A stretch of DNA of 64,000 nt from Eledone cirrhosa. Taxonomy: Eukaryota. A program made the translations under genes and the position numbers. The notes below the pieces were generated by a model. That model saw nothing but the letters and a program-made list of their open reading frames with translations. It was not told the origin of the DNA and searched no databases. The stretch is from contig OZ024740.1 in assembly GCA_964016885.1 (NCBI GenBank), positions 147,622,001-147,686,000 of the forward strand. Direction: 5' to 3'. The first letter of the stretch is position 1; each line of letters starts with the position of its first letter. Positions 30,614-45,026 of this stretch are shown here, one piece after another.

Positions 30614-30912
30614 TGTGTGTGTATGTGCGTGCGTGTGTACGTACTTATGCGTATGTGTGTATGTAACTTTATAGTTTATATTTTTGTTTTTATCTTTAAG
30701 AATATTTATACTATATGTGTGTATGTTGTTTACATTTATGTGTGCGTGTATATGTATTTGTATGTATACACTCTTTTGTGTCTGTGCTGTTTTTATATGC
30801 ATGGGGTGTGCTCGTATATTTTTATATGTATGCGTATGTGTGTGTGTATTTATTTATATATGTGTGTGTGTATATGTATATGTATGTATGTGTGTATGTA
30901 TACATATATATG

Positions 30913-30965
<53 letters not shown>

Positions 30966-31045
30966 GTGTGTGTGTATATATGTATATATATATATATTTT
31001 TATATATGTATATATATTTAGTTTTTTTGTGCATTTGCTTACCAC

Positions 31046-32883
31046 GTGCGTTTGGTCATTTTGAGGGTGAACGGTCACCTGTCGCAGCCGTTCAGCATCA
31101 TGCGCTCAGTCCGCCAGGGTTGTCCCCTCTCGTCCCTCTTGTACGTATTGGCTCTCGAGCCGTTACTGCACAAACTGGGGGCGATGAGGGGCATCCCACG
31201 CGAACTAGGATGCGGGAAATCCGAGTCGGCTTACGCTGACGACGTCACCGTGGTGGTGTCGAGCACGAGACACGTCCAGATGCTCGGCACCGCTCTCAAG
31301 GAATACGAAGCGGTGACAGGAGCAAAGATAAACCAGGAAAAGTCGGTGGGCTTGCAGCTCGGCATCTGGAGAGGCAAGTCCATGCCGTCCGACAGCGTCG
31401 TGGGGCGTTGGACGGACGGACCGGTTAAATTGCTCGGGGTCTGGTTCGGACCGGACCTCCAGATGGAGAAAAACTGGAACGAGTGACGAGCAGGGTGGCC
31501 TCTCTCACCCAGAAATGGGCCGAGAGGAAGCTGTCCCTGAAAGGCCGGGCGGAGGTGGCGAATGCGTACATCACATCCGTCATCTGCTACCGCCTCACTG
31601 TCGTCCCTTGCTCCAGCCCAACTCTCACCAAAATGGAGCGCTTCCTCTTCCGCTTTTTGTGGAAGGGGCGCGCTCCCATGGTCAGACGATCCATCTGCTG
31701 TCAACACCCGCTGCGTGGAGGACTGGGCATGCCATGGCTGATGATGCGCAGACATGCGCTGAGGCTGCGACATCTCTGGTGCTTCCTTGATGGTGAACAG
31801 GTGTGGTCGCCGTTCGCCAGGCACGTTTTCCCACAGCTCGTCTCCTTGGGTCAGAAAAAGACCGAGGGATAGCTCTTGTAAACTGGAATGTCTCCAGGCG
31901 CTCACTGCCCTCTGCCAGCTGGGCACCAGTATCGGTGGAACATCCACCTCTGCGTTCTATAGAGGACTAGTGGAGGGGAAGAGCGACGACATTCTCGGAG
32001 AGATCCTGGGCGTCGAAGAAGATCAGCTGTTTGCTCTCTTCCGGAGAACCTTCAGCCTGGGGCCTATGGATAACTTCCAAAAATCCCTGGCCTGACAGTG
32101 CTACCGGGGAGCGCTGCCGGTTCGTGATAAGCTCTACAGGCACGGAAGTGCCGTCAGCCGAGCCTGTCCGAGATGCGCGCAGAGCGACGAAACCGTCGTG
32201 CACGCACTCGTTCAGTGTCCGAACATTGCTGACTTGTGGAGCTATGTCGAACAGTTGCTGTCACGTGTAGGACTGATCCGGTTGTCGACTGAGTCTATTG
32301 TGCAGATGGTCTCGCCGTCTTCCTTCGAGAAGGAAGGGCAGGCGGTTTTCATCTGCCTGGTGGCCATGGCGAAAGATTGTGTGGTGGACAAGGTTAAAAG
32401 GGTTAAAGACAGAGACTTTCGTCTTCGGCGAATCCCTAATTAACTTTTTCAAGTTTCACTTGAAGAGGAAAATAAGGGTGGAGAGGCAAGTGCTGCCTTC
32501 TAGCAAGTTTGTTGAAAGGTGGGTGAATGTAGCGAGAATGGTCCGAGTGAACATACGTCTGTAGTTTGAGAAATGGAAAAATTGTGAGAGGGCGCTTGCC
32601 CTGGTGGTCAGGGTGGCCGTGGTCTTTTGTGTGGTTTTCGCCACGAGTAACCCTCGGAGGTTCCCCCCCCCCCCCCCTATTGGGGAATTTTTCATTGTTT
32701 CATTTTCATTTTATTGTTTATATATATATATATGTTTCTATGTCCTTTTTTTTCCTTTTCTTATATAAATAATAAACATATTTACACGCACAAAACCCAC
32801 ATCGTACCGTCCTGTGCCGTCTGTAATGTTTTTCTTGATGTCAGCCCTTGTAGCCAATAAATCATCATTATTATTATTATTAT
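31046..32883 (+). mobile_element. 5'-truncated L1/Tx1-clade LINE, decayed
   Basis: SVRQGCPLS, AYADDV, LSLKGRA, GGLGM, CPRC..ETVVHALVQC knuckle, AATAAA + (ATT)n. Confidence 0.88.
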
Positions 32884-33182
32884 TTTAATTTTAAATTTTG
32901 CCGTCTTGTATTTGCCGTCAACTTAATAATACTTTTAATTTTTTTATATTTCTTTATTAGCCACAAGGGCGCACAAGAAAAGGGGACAATACAAAAAAAT
33001 TTCTTAATCCTTATTTTTTATGTGACAGCCTATTATGATTATTTATTCTTATTTGTGTGTGTGCATATGTATCCTTTTATATGTGAGTACGTATGCATGT
33101 GTTATATGTATATATATATATATATGTGTGTATGTATGTGTCTGTGTATGTACGTATCTATGTGTATGTGTGTATATATGTG

Positions 33183-33228
<46 letters not shown>

Positions 33229-33314
33229 CATGTGTATATATGTGTATGTATATATATATATATGTGTGTTGGTGTATTTATGTATGGATATATACATATA
33301 TATATATATATGTA

Positions 33315-35190
33315 TAACGAAGGAAAAGTGGTAAGGAACCAGGTGGACCATAACGCACCAAAGTACTCAATACTTAGGGTAGTAGAGTGGGTAATAGGAA
33401 CAAGTAAGACCCCGACGGCTGAGCTCAAGCCGTTTCGACGGCTAATTCTGGACTGAATGAAAATTTATTCTGGTATTTAAATAGCCGAGCTTATCAAGGG
33501 GTAATTCCATATATGGTCAAAGAGATAATCACCAGGATTGGTCACATCACAAGTTAGTAGTAAATCTGTGATGGCAAATTGGTGGGGGAAGGGGTAGCTA
33601 AACCTGCCGGTAGGAGAAAAAGGGAGAGAGGGTGGAGTAGACCCATTCATGCGTTGGTAGTGCTGGCTACAGCTGGGCGTGAGGTCAAAGAGAATACTGG
33701 GGAGGGGGAGGGGGAGGGGGAGGGAGTCGAAACGGTAAGAAGAACAATGAAGGGTAAACTATAAAAAGTACTGAGAATGAAAAAAAAAAAAAAAAATAAG
33801 CAAAGTCTGGTTACTAAGACTTAAGTCTCTCGCTATTGCTAGGCTAAAGAAATACATAAATAAATAAATAAACAAATAAGTGAATAAAAGAATAGATAAA
33901 TAAATAAATAAAAAATATAATAAAGAATAAAAAATAAATAATAATAATAAAAATAAACTAGACGGGACGGAAATAAAGGGACCCTTATACGAGGTATAAG
34001 TGCATGTATCGTACGGTGACGGGTCAACAAAGGGGGGGGGCCAAAATACTAAAGAGACTACCACGAAATAATAAAGGTTTCTACCCCAATCACAGGGCCA
34101 GCAACCACCCAGTGCAAGAAAGTAAACTAGTACGAGAATATAATTCAGGGTCCCGCAAAAAAATACTAATGCTAACTCTAAGGGTACCGCCACGAAACAA
34201 AAAGTCTTATACAAGCTACATGAAAGATCGAACGAAGTAAAAATAAAGAACGGAAAATTAATACAGAACAACCCCCCCCCAAAAAAAAAAGAGAAAAAGA
34301 AGAAAGAAATACTGGATAAACGAGAAATTAAAGCAAAGATGCCACTAACAAATATAGAAGGCACGGAAAAGGGGGACAGCGGTCGGAGAAGGGGGCAAGT
34401 ATCCGAAGTCTAACACCTCTGCTATAAAAAGCGGAGTCAGCCAAATCTATCATAGAATAGGGGAGGGCGGTGGGGGTGCTGAAGCTACAAGGGACCGAGG
34501 GGCTACCTCGGGTGGGCGAGAAAAAGACGACGACAAAGAAAAGAAACTGGGGTAGAAGGACTAGGGAGGGATGGGGGGAAGAAGGAAATATAGAGGAAGC
34601 GATAAAAGAATGTAAAAGAAGATCTGTATTAATTTTCCGTTCTTTACTTTTACTTCGTACGATCTTTCATGTAGCTTGTATAAGACTTTTTGTTTCGTGG
34701 CGGTACCCTTAGAGTTAGCATTAGTATTTTTTTGCGGGACCCTGAATTATATTCTCGTACTAGTTTACTTTCTTAGTAACCAGACTTTGCTTATTTATTT
34801 ATTTTTTTTTCATTCTCAGTACTTTTTATAGTTTTACCCTTCATTGTTCTTCTTACCGTTTCGACTCCCTCCCCCTCCCCCTCCCCAGTATCCTCTTTGA
34901 CCTCATGCCCAGCTGTAGCCGGCACTACCAACGCATGAATGGGTCTACTCCACCCCCTCTCCCTTTTTCTCCTACCGGCAGATTTAGCTACCCCTTCCCC
35001 CACCAATTTGCCATCACAGATTTACTACTAACTTGTGATGTGACCAATCCTGGTGATTATCTCTTTGACCATATATGGAATTACCCCTTGATAAGCTCGG
35101 CTATTTAAATACCAGAATAAATTTTCATTCAGTCCAGAATTAGCCGTCGAAACGGCTTGAGCTCAGCCGTCGGGGTCTTACTTGTTCCTA
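33315..35190 (-). mobile_element. Foldback of the GAGCTC-loop HHR family; HHRs 33409-33502 (-) and 35083-35176 (+)
   Basis: homologous to 17366-19867; TTGATAA cores. Confidence 0.85.
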
Positions 35191-35457
35191 TATATATATA
35201 TATGTATATGTGCATGTGTGTGTATATGTGTCTCTGTGTATATTTGTGTGTATGTGTGCGTAAATATAGTTATATATATATGTATATATGTGTGTATATG
35301 TGAGTGTGGGTGCGTGTGCGTGTGTGTGTTTACGTGTGTGTTGTTATATATTCTTATTTATTATCCCCCCCCCTTTTTTTTTCCTCCAGCCTCACTTTCA
35401 TATCTGTTATATTTTTGTTTTTCAAATCCACTGTCAATAAAGACACCAGGGTTTTTA

Positions 35458-35511
35458 CATTCTGATGAATGAAAGCAATTTTGGTTGCTTTCAAGAAACC
35501 ACTGGTAAATG
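35458..35511 (+). ncRNA. Type I hammerhead
   Basis: CATT CTGATGA ATGAAAGCAA-ttttgg-TTGCTTTCAA GAAA CCACTGG TA AATG. Confidence 0.85.
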
Positions 35512-35607
35512 AAATAATTATCTTATGTTGTTTATTACATAACTAATAAGCTCTGTAACCTACATAGAGCACTCTTTTTGCCTGGACCTTTCCGACGGAA
35601 TTACTTC

Positions 35608-35675
<68 letters not shown>

Positions 35676-36097
35676 GAAAGTAAAAAACAATAACACAGGA
35701 TGACAACTATAGCGATGAGACAAAGACCAGGATCATTAGGTCACAATAGTTCTCAAAATGTGGTTTCTGTAGAGTTGTGACTATCAGATTATTAGGACCA
35801 TTAACTATGAGGGAGATGTGTACATGTGTGAAAAACTGACAAAATTTCTGTCAGGTAATATTTGAAATCTAGGTCTAATCTTGTGATCGTTATTTAAGAC
35901 TATATTAATTTATTATCATACTATGTGATTACTATTCAGTAATTTCCATTTTAATTTATTCCATTTATTTTTATCTTTTATTTCGTTTCTTTGCAGCCAT
36001 ACATTACATTTCACCTTCATTCTTTTCGTTTTTAATATCATTTCGGCTTAGTTTAGATTAGTGTTGATATCTTGTGTTATTCTCATTAACACACACA

Positions 36098-36179
<82 letters not shown>

Positions 36180-36329
36180 CTCTCTCTCAATCTCCCCCCC
36201 TCTCTCTATTTTACATTATATATATATCATAACTATATTATATATGTATTATACATGTAAACATCGTGTATGCTTTTATATACACCTTTCTTATGCATGT
36301 ATGTATGTATGTATATATATATATATATA

Positions 36330-36747
36330 TATATTAATAAAAGGAATTCCAACTTTGTCTGATTTACTCGTTTTATTTACAATCCTTTAACATTTATAAT
36401 GGTATTAGAATGAAATAGTATGGTAGAATATTAAATGTTAAGTGTTAATTGAACAAGTACTTTCATGCTTTCGCAATCTTCAGGTTCATATTGTGTGGTG
36501 ACAGTCAAGTTTGCAATTTTCAACAGTTGAAAATTGCAAACTTGACTGTCACCACACAATATGAACCTGAAGATTGCGAAAGCATGAAAGTACTTGTTCA
36601 ATTAACACTTAACATTTAATATTCTACCATACTATTTCATTCTAATACCATTATAAATGTTAAAGGATTGTAAATAAAACGAGTAAATCAGACAAAGTTG
36701 GAATTCCTTTTATTAATATAATCTTCTATACACAATCATACACACCC

Positions 36748-36750
<3 letters not shown>
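36330..36750 (+). mobile_element. Perfect ~195-bp-arm palindrome (centre 36525) with ~30-nt tail; HHRs 36450-36488 (-) and 36562-36600 (+)
   Basis: TGAAC CTGAAGA T TGC-GAAA-GCA T GAAA GTAC TT GTTCA. Confidence 0.88.
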
Positions 36751-36816
<66 letters not shown>

Positions 36817-36818
<2 letters not shown>

Positions 36819-37509
36819 TGTTGCCGCCATTGTCGAAGATATAATACACTGAATTGGTGGTGATTTTATGGAATAAGTGTCCTGGTTATTCTACTGGATA
36901 GTTTCAATTGGAATCTATATATAAATTTCTGCGATTCTGTCACAATACGTAGAGAGGAGTAGTTTGACTACCTCATACTACACCTCTCTCCTTATGTCTA
37001 TTGCATGCGGGAATGTATATGTGTGTGTGTGTCTAACCCTTTGCCTACAGTCTTCCAATCATTTCATTTCGATATTTTGCTCTTCCAACGGTGACAATCC
37101 AGATATTTTAGATACTAATTTTTTTCAAATACGCTGACGTGTATGGGTATATATGTGTGTATGTTTATGCATATGCATACATTTATATGTATGAGTATAT
37201 AGATTTAAACGTGCAAACATAGACACGCTTACAAAAATACACACTCACAGATATACATACACACAAATACACAAACATTCACACAAATACACACATGCAT
37301 TCACACACACACACCACACACATATACTTTCCCGCATGCAATAGACGTAAGGAGAGTATGGTGTAGTATGAGGTAGTCAAACTACTCCTCTCTACGTATT
37401 GTGACAGAATCGCAGAAATTTATATATAGATTCCAATTGAAACTATCCAGTAGAATAACCAGGACACTTATTCCACAAAATCACCGTATACATTCAGTGT
37501 ATTATATCT

Positions 37510-37514
<5 letters not shown>
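36817..37514. mobile_element. Penelope-type foldback (arms ~36833-37027 / 37315-37513)
   Basis: inverted ~195-bp repeat between (TA)n tracts. Confidence 0.65.
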
Positions 37515-38614
<1,100 letters not shown>

Positions 38615-38993
38615 ATACATGCATACATACATACATAAGAAAGGTGCATATAAAAGCATACACGATGTGTACATGTATAATACATATATAATATAGTTAT
38701 GATATATATATAATGTAAAATAGAGAGAGGGGGGACTGAGAGAGAGAGAGAGAGAGTGTGTGTGTGTGTGTGAGTGAGTGTGTGAGTGTGTGTGTACGTG
38801 TGTGTGTAAATGACAATAACACAAGATATCAACACTAATCTAAACTAAGCCGAAATGATATAGATATTAAAAACGAAAAGAATGAAGGTGAAATGTAATG
38901 TATGGCTGCAAAGAAACGAAATAAAAGATTAAAAAAATGGAATAAATTAAAATGGAAATTACTGAATAGTAATCACATAGTATGATAATAAAT

Positions 38994-39184
38994 TAATTGT
39001 TTCTATTTTGGGCACCATGCCAGCAATTACCCACTGCATTACTGGTACGTTATTTTATCGACCCCATAAGGATGAAAGGCAAAGTTAACCTCGACGGGAT
39101 TTGAACTCAGAATGGCAAGGGCCGTAACTCTATACGTCAAATCATGGCGTTCTACCCTCTACCGATACTCCCAATTCACCGCCC
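38994..39184 (-). mobile_element. tRNA-derived SINE with TSD TAATAAATTAAT
   Basis: empty site visible in the paralog near 35900-35920. Confidence 0.88.
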
Positions 39185-39291
39185 TTTAATAAATTAATAT
39201 AGTCTTACATAACGATCACTTAGATTTCAAATATTACCTGACAGAAATTTTGTCAGTTTTTCACACATGTACACATCTCCCTCATAGTTAA

Positions 39292-39773
39292 TCTAAACTA
39301 TAATAAAGTAAGAAGCGCGGGATTGCGTACGGTTTATAATTTTTTATGCCCTTAGTAAAATAAGTTGGATTACTTTGAATAAATAATGAATGAATATTAC
39401 ATAATTTATCTACTAAATTTCGTGGCTGTTCATTAAATATATTTTATTATTTATTTAAAGATTCACTTCTTTAAAATTTTCAAATGTCAACACTTCCGGT
39501 GGCGATCGCTTAAATATATACTCATATATTTCCGTCACTAATTTTCTCCTAATACAGTTTATATATAATATCGTCTTTTTTTTAATGTATCATGGATTAC
39601 ATTACTGATTAAATAAAACAGTGTAACACAGTCTTCGTTCAATTTCTGTGTATATTGTCAATTACGATTTTATTTGATGTATCATATCTACTTGGATATA
39701 TACTTGCGAAAATATCAATATGCACACTACACATACTTGCAGAAAACCACCCGAAGGGTGGTTTTTCTGCTAG
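39292..39773 (+). mobile_element. Non-autonomous Helitron
   Basis: A|TC...hairpin AAACCACCCGAAGGGTGGTTT...CTAG|T, no TSD; empty site at ~35800. Confidence 0.92.
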
Positions 39774-39945
39774 TGGTACTAATAATCTGATAGTCACAAC
39801 TCTACAGAAACCACATTTTGAGAACTATTGTAACCTAATGATCTCATCGCTATAGTAAGTGGGTTTTATTTAATTGCATAATTGTATTTTGTGTAGAGTG
39901 TTTTGTCTAGTTCTGGCAACTCCTGCGTTGTTATATTTTACTTTC

Positions 39946-39981
<36 letters not shown>

Positions 39982-39984
<3 letters not shown>

Positions 39985-40522
39985 GCGCAGTAAAGGTACA
40001 TATTGTAAGTACAGCGAACTTTTAAAAATTTATTTTAAAACTTTTTCTCTATTTGCTAAACCTTGATTATATATGTTCTGGCTTGTTAATTTATTAACCT
40101 GCCATAGAACCACATTGGCATGCGGTTGGATAATACTTGTATCCCTATATGTATTTTTTACACGTAGGAACACATACTTTATTATTATTAATCATTCCTA
40201 AGGTTGAGATAACATTTTGGTCGTTTGAACTGCTGCTATTTCTAGTGGCAGGACATTGACCTGTCCACCCTTGCGTTCTGTCTTTACACACTGCACTAGA
40301 TAAGATTGTTTCTTTCCTCATTCACTCTCATCAGGGAACGGTTTTGTATGGCGCCAGTTTGAGACTTGAACTCGGGAATTTTATATTCTCCGAGCGAGAA
40401 GAACCTTCTGACGAGAGTCCCCTTCTCAATGGAAGTCCGCCTGGATTATCCATTTATTTTGGGACTTGAAACAGCGCGGTAAAGATACATATTGTAAGTA
40501 CAGCGAACTTTAAAAAAAATTT
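39982..40522 (+). mobile_element. Retrozyme-like 489-bp unit with ~45-bp terminal redundancy; HHR 40405-40484
   Basis: CTT CTGACGA GAGTCCC..GGGACTT GAAA CAGCGCGG TA AAG; repeat starts inside stem III. Confidence 0.7.
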
Positions 40523-40984
40523 TCGATTGTCAAAATACATATTAACATTCTCTATTAGTCTTAATTCTATCAACTCTTCTATTATTTACCATTTAATATA
40601 AACTGCTATAGATAAAATGAGATTTCTGATTTCTTAGTTCAATTCCCTAATGCATATACCAGCTGGCTACTAGCATTGATGTTATTCAGTAGCAATCGAA
40701 ATCTCCCCCTTCCCCAATTGACACTTTATAATTAATACTACTACACCAAATGACCAGCCCTGTCCACTGTCCAATTAGTCAAGTATAGATTAAAATTGGC
40801 ACTCCCAAAAATTCTTATTTAGATAAAATAAACCATTTACTCATGGTATTCTCATTAGAAACCCTTTATATACTTGTTTAGCAGTAAATTGAACTACCAT
40901 CTGTCATATACTATCCCCTCTCTTCTTCCTCTATTACTAATATAAATACTTTAATTTTTCTGATTTTATCCAATTTATCCAAAA

Positions 40985-41100
40985 TCTCTGAAGAAGTGAC
41001 AACTGTTTATACATTTGCTATCGAATACTTGCTAACATTATATGATTACGCAAGCAGTGATACATAGGTATTCCGTCTGTTACAGAAACATATGTCAATA
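40985..41100 (+). ncRNA. Hammerhead-like motif with long stem II
   Basis: CTGAAGA A GTGACA..TGTTAC A GAAA CATATG TC; stem I weak. Confidence 0.55.
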
Positions 41101-41148
41101 CCTAATAAATTCCTTTTTTAAAAAAAAAAGCACTTTCATTTTATATTC

Positions 41149-41234
<86 letters not shown>

Positions 41235-41235
41235 G

Positions 41236-41269
<34 letters not shown>

Positions 41270-41273
<4 letters not shown>

Positions 41274-42445
41274 CCAGAAATAATAACAGAACACACTCAC
41301 TGTTTGATTGGTTTTCGCTTCTGTATCTTTTATATCTCCACAGTTAATTCATTTGGCCATCAATGTTTAACACTGACTGACCAACGGTCAAAAATATAGA
41401 TATAAATACATATATATAGTCTAACAAAATTCTTTCGTTGCACATCTGCAACATCATCAATGGTACTATTATGTTTCCTCCTGTTGTATTGTATGTCTAC
41501 GCCATTTTTATTTTATCTATTTATTTATTTATTTATTTATTTTGTCTTCGTCTCTGCGCATGCGTTTGCGTGTGTGTATAGTGTTTGGGTGACTGTGTTT
41601 TGGTTATTGTATTCTATCTTAGTTTATTAGTGTGTGTTTATATGTGTTTGTTGTTATTGTGCTTGTGTATATATTTATTTATTTATTTATATTTCTCTTA
41701 AGTCAGTATTGTTTGGTTGGGTGTTGTTATTCCATTCATTTTTTTCTGTTTAGCTTTGGCTTTCTAAGCTCTATTTCCCTTGCTTCTCTGATTTGCCAAC
41801 CTGTTGGGCATTTCTATGTTTAGATATTATTTTAATTTCTATGTTGTCTATGTTACCGTCATGTTGTTGTCTGCCGTGTTCGTATAGTATTGAACCGGTT
41901 TTTTTTGTCCTTTTAATTATCCCCAGTGTTGGTCTATTCTTTCTCCTATGCTTCGAGTTGTCTCACCTATGTATGTTGTTGTCATGTTTCTGCAAGTACC
42001 CTCTGTACACCTTATGCTATAGACTACCTTTCTAGTTTTACAATTTATCTGGGGGTTTACTTTACATATAACACATTTCTTATTAGTACAGTGATTTTTT
42101 TAAAAAGGGTATCTTTGCTGATCAGGGATTTCATGGTAGTTCCTGGCTTTTCTACTACTTTAATTTTTAAGTGGGTCTTTCTCAGGGCCTTTCTACATTG
42201 GTTAGCTAATTTCCCTCCAGGGGTAGCGTCCACGAACATGACACTCTGGTATCTCTGATTGTCGTACCATGAGGTGGCTTTCCTTATCTTATGTTTAGTC
42301 CTATCTAAGCTATTCCATGATTTGCTCCTGTATAATGGGCAAATTCCTTTCATGTCCAGTTCTATGAGGGTCTTATACTTCTCCGTGGCTCCTTTGTATA
42401 CTCTGATTCTGTCTCTTTGGTTGTAGCCAGTGAACTGCATGCGGT
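41270..42445 (-). mobile_element. Penelope-like element 3' part (RT thumb, Cys linker, GIY-YIG; degenerate HHR 41424-41463)
   Basis: PLYRSKSW, SVMFVDATPGG, CTNKKCVIC..NC, VVYSIRC..YIGETTRS. Confidence 0.8.
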
Positions 42446-42506
42446 TAGACACACAGACGCACACACACACACACACTAGAGGTTAGACACACACACACAC
42501 ACTCAC

Positions 42507-42550
<44 letters not shown>

Positions 42551-44006
42551 GTATGTATATATGTATATAAAAGAGTCAAACAAACCTAAATAAATAATGC
42601 TCCGATAATGTTGAGCATTTTCAGATGTAAATTGAACAGCGGCACTGACTTCAGTGTACGCTATTGCCAGCATGGGATTAACTGATCTACTTACCATTCG
42701 GATTTTGGCTGCTCTGTGCTTTATCTACCGCCCACCCGATCCAATGCTGCTTCCTTGTCGGGAATATTCGGATTCCGACAAAATTTTACGTATTATACTT
42801 AAACATGTATTGTATTGACTGAACTCTCTACTCTATACTTCAGGACTTTTTGTGATTCACACTGAGTTCTGGGACCCGAACTTACACTAGGTACCACCTG
42901 ATACCATTCCATCTCTTCCATCCTCTGTATCTATATGTATAACCTTGTATTATCTTACTGCAACTTGATCTATTTTGTATTTCCCCTTTGCTTTGATTCC
43001 TCCGATATGTTCTTATATACTTCCTCCGTCTCACTACATCACTACCCTAGCTATGAAGGCGTTTCATTTATGTATTTTACTTTTTACTTTATTAATGTAT
43101 CTTTGTATCCTGCTTTTATTTATTTATGATTTTCTGCTTATTATTCCTTACTCAGGTCTTTATGCACCTTTCATAGTTCCCTACCCACCAAAGAACCACA
43201 CTACTTATAACCCGGACTAACTGGAACTTAAAAATAATTATAGTCTATTTTCATTGGGTTTTACCACTTTCGACTGATGTTGAGGCTTTCCCGGTTGTGC
43301 GCCGGGCGCTCGGAAAGTTCAGCCTTCCTTGAGTGCTTGGAAAAATAAATTTCCCCTCTTTCGGTAAATGAAATTACTCGGAACGGTTGGATTTGCCCCG
43401 GGGCCCGCCGCGCCGCCTGTTTTGACCGCCACATTATACTTATACCTATAAACTCTGGGCTTAGGCATAACTGTTAGCTGTATCATGCCTCCCTCTACCG
43501 GCACGTAAATAAACCCCTCCTGTGTGAATTAATAGTATTTGTTTGGTATAGACGATGGCCTGTCGAAGATGGTAGACTTTCCCGCTAGCACACCCGGAGG
43601 CCTATGGCAGTCACGTTCCTAGAGTACTCGGAAAAATTAATTTCCATTTCTTTTCGCTAGACGATACCACTCGAAACTGGAATGCACGTGGTTAGGAGGT
43701 GCTGGCTGGGATTTACACTCGAAGGCTTTAATCTTTACTCTATATCCCACCTTGATAACTTATAGGGATTCCCAATAATACACTTAAACTTTTTCATATA
43801 AGACTCTCTCTGTAGTTTCATTAAATAAATCCCGCAACACAAACCTTTAATTTTCTATTAATTTTCTAATTATTTTAAAAATTACTTTTAAATCTTAATT
43901 TTTTAAAACTTTTAATTTAATTTCATCCTTTAACTCTTAACATAAGTTAACGTTCCAATTTTCTGTTCACACATTAGACCATACAGACACCCATTATATA
44001 TGCCTA

Positions 44007-44198
44007 GGGCGGTGGATTGGCAGTATCAGTAGAGGGTCGGACGCCATGCTTTGACGCAAAGAGTTATGTCCCTTTACGATCTGAGTTCAAATCCCGCCGA
44101 GGTTAACTTTGCCTTTCATCCTTACGGGGTCGATAAAATAAAGTGCCAGTAATGTACTGGGTAATTGCTGGCCTTGTGCTCAAAAGTAGAAACAATTA
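44007..44198 (+). mobile_element. tRNA-derived SINE
   Basis: same family as 4191. Confidence 0.88.
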
Positions 44199-44291
44199 TA
44201 TATCCTTTGTTAAAATATAGGTTCTTTGGAATAACATTTTTCGCGGCGTTTTCTTGCCTGACTGTAGTGTGACCCTTACGCTGACTTTTCT

Positions 44292-44327
<36 letters not shown>

Positions 44328-44536
44328 TCATTCTTTCTTCTCTTTTTTTATTCTCTGACGGAGACGTGGTAGTACACTATAAGCCTACGTCCCTTCACCA
44401 GATGGTCATTAGTAGACCGAATAGCCATCACTAGAGGGCGACTGACCGAGGTGAAAACAGCTAGTTGGTCAGTCGTCCTCTCTGTCTATGATTTTCGGAC
44501 CCATGGATTTTTATATATTCCTTTGTTATATTTCGA

Positions 44537-44594
44537 ATACCTGATGATATCACCGGATTCATACGGAACCCGGTCATTGAAATGATCATAGTAT
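44537..44594 (+). ncRNA. Type I hammerhead
   Basis: ATAC CTGATGA TAT-C-ACCGG..CCGGT-CATT GAAA TGATCA TA GTAT. Confidence 0.8.
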
Positions 44595-44799
44595 AATAAA
44601 CCTTTCAAGGATTTACACCAGTCCAGCCTCCTGTTATTTTATTCATAATAATTAACTCCGTATTCGCACCACCAACTACACAAACGAAAACGGGTGAACT
44701 GCACAACGTTGAGTACTTTCCATCAAGATTGACCATACGGAATGACCAATTCTATCCGGTGGTGAACCAACAAACCTAAATAAATGTATATATATATAT

Positions 44800-45012
44800 A
44801 TAACGAAGGAAGTGTGGTAAGCAACCAGATAGACCATAACGCACCAGAGTACTCAATACATAGGGTAGTAGAGTGGGTAATAGGAAAATGTTTAGCCCCG
44901 ACGGCAGAGCTCAAGCCGCTTCGTCGGCTATTTCTGGACTAAATTAGAATTTAGTCCAGAAATAGCCGACGCAACGGCTTGAGCTCTGCCGTCGGGGTTA
45001 AACATTTTCCCA
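44800..45012 (-). mobile_element. Short foldback plus tail of the GAGCTC-loop HHR family (diverged)
   Basis: similar to 33315-33452. Confidence 0.75.
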
Positions 45013-45026
45013 TATATATATATATA

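Noticed and set aside
39795-39856. Hammerhead on the minus strand (CGATGA..AAAA)
   Set aside because: Both core strands are mutated; not supportable
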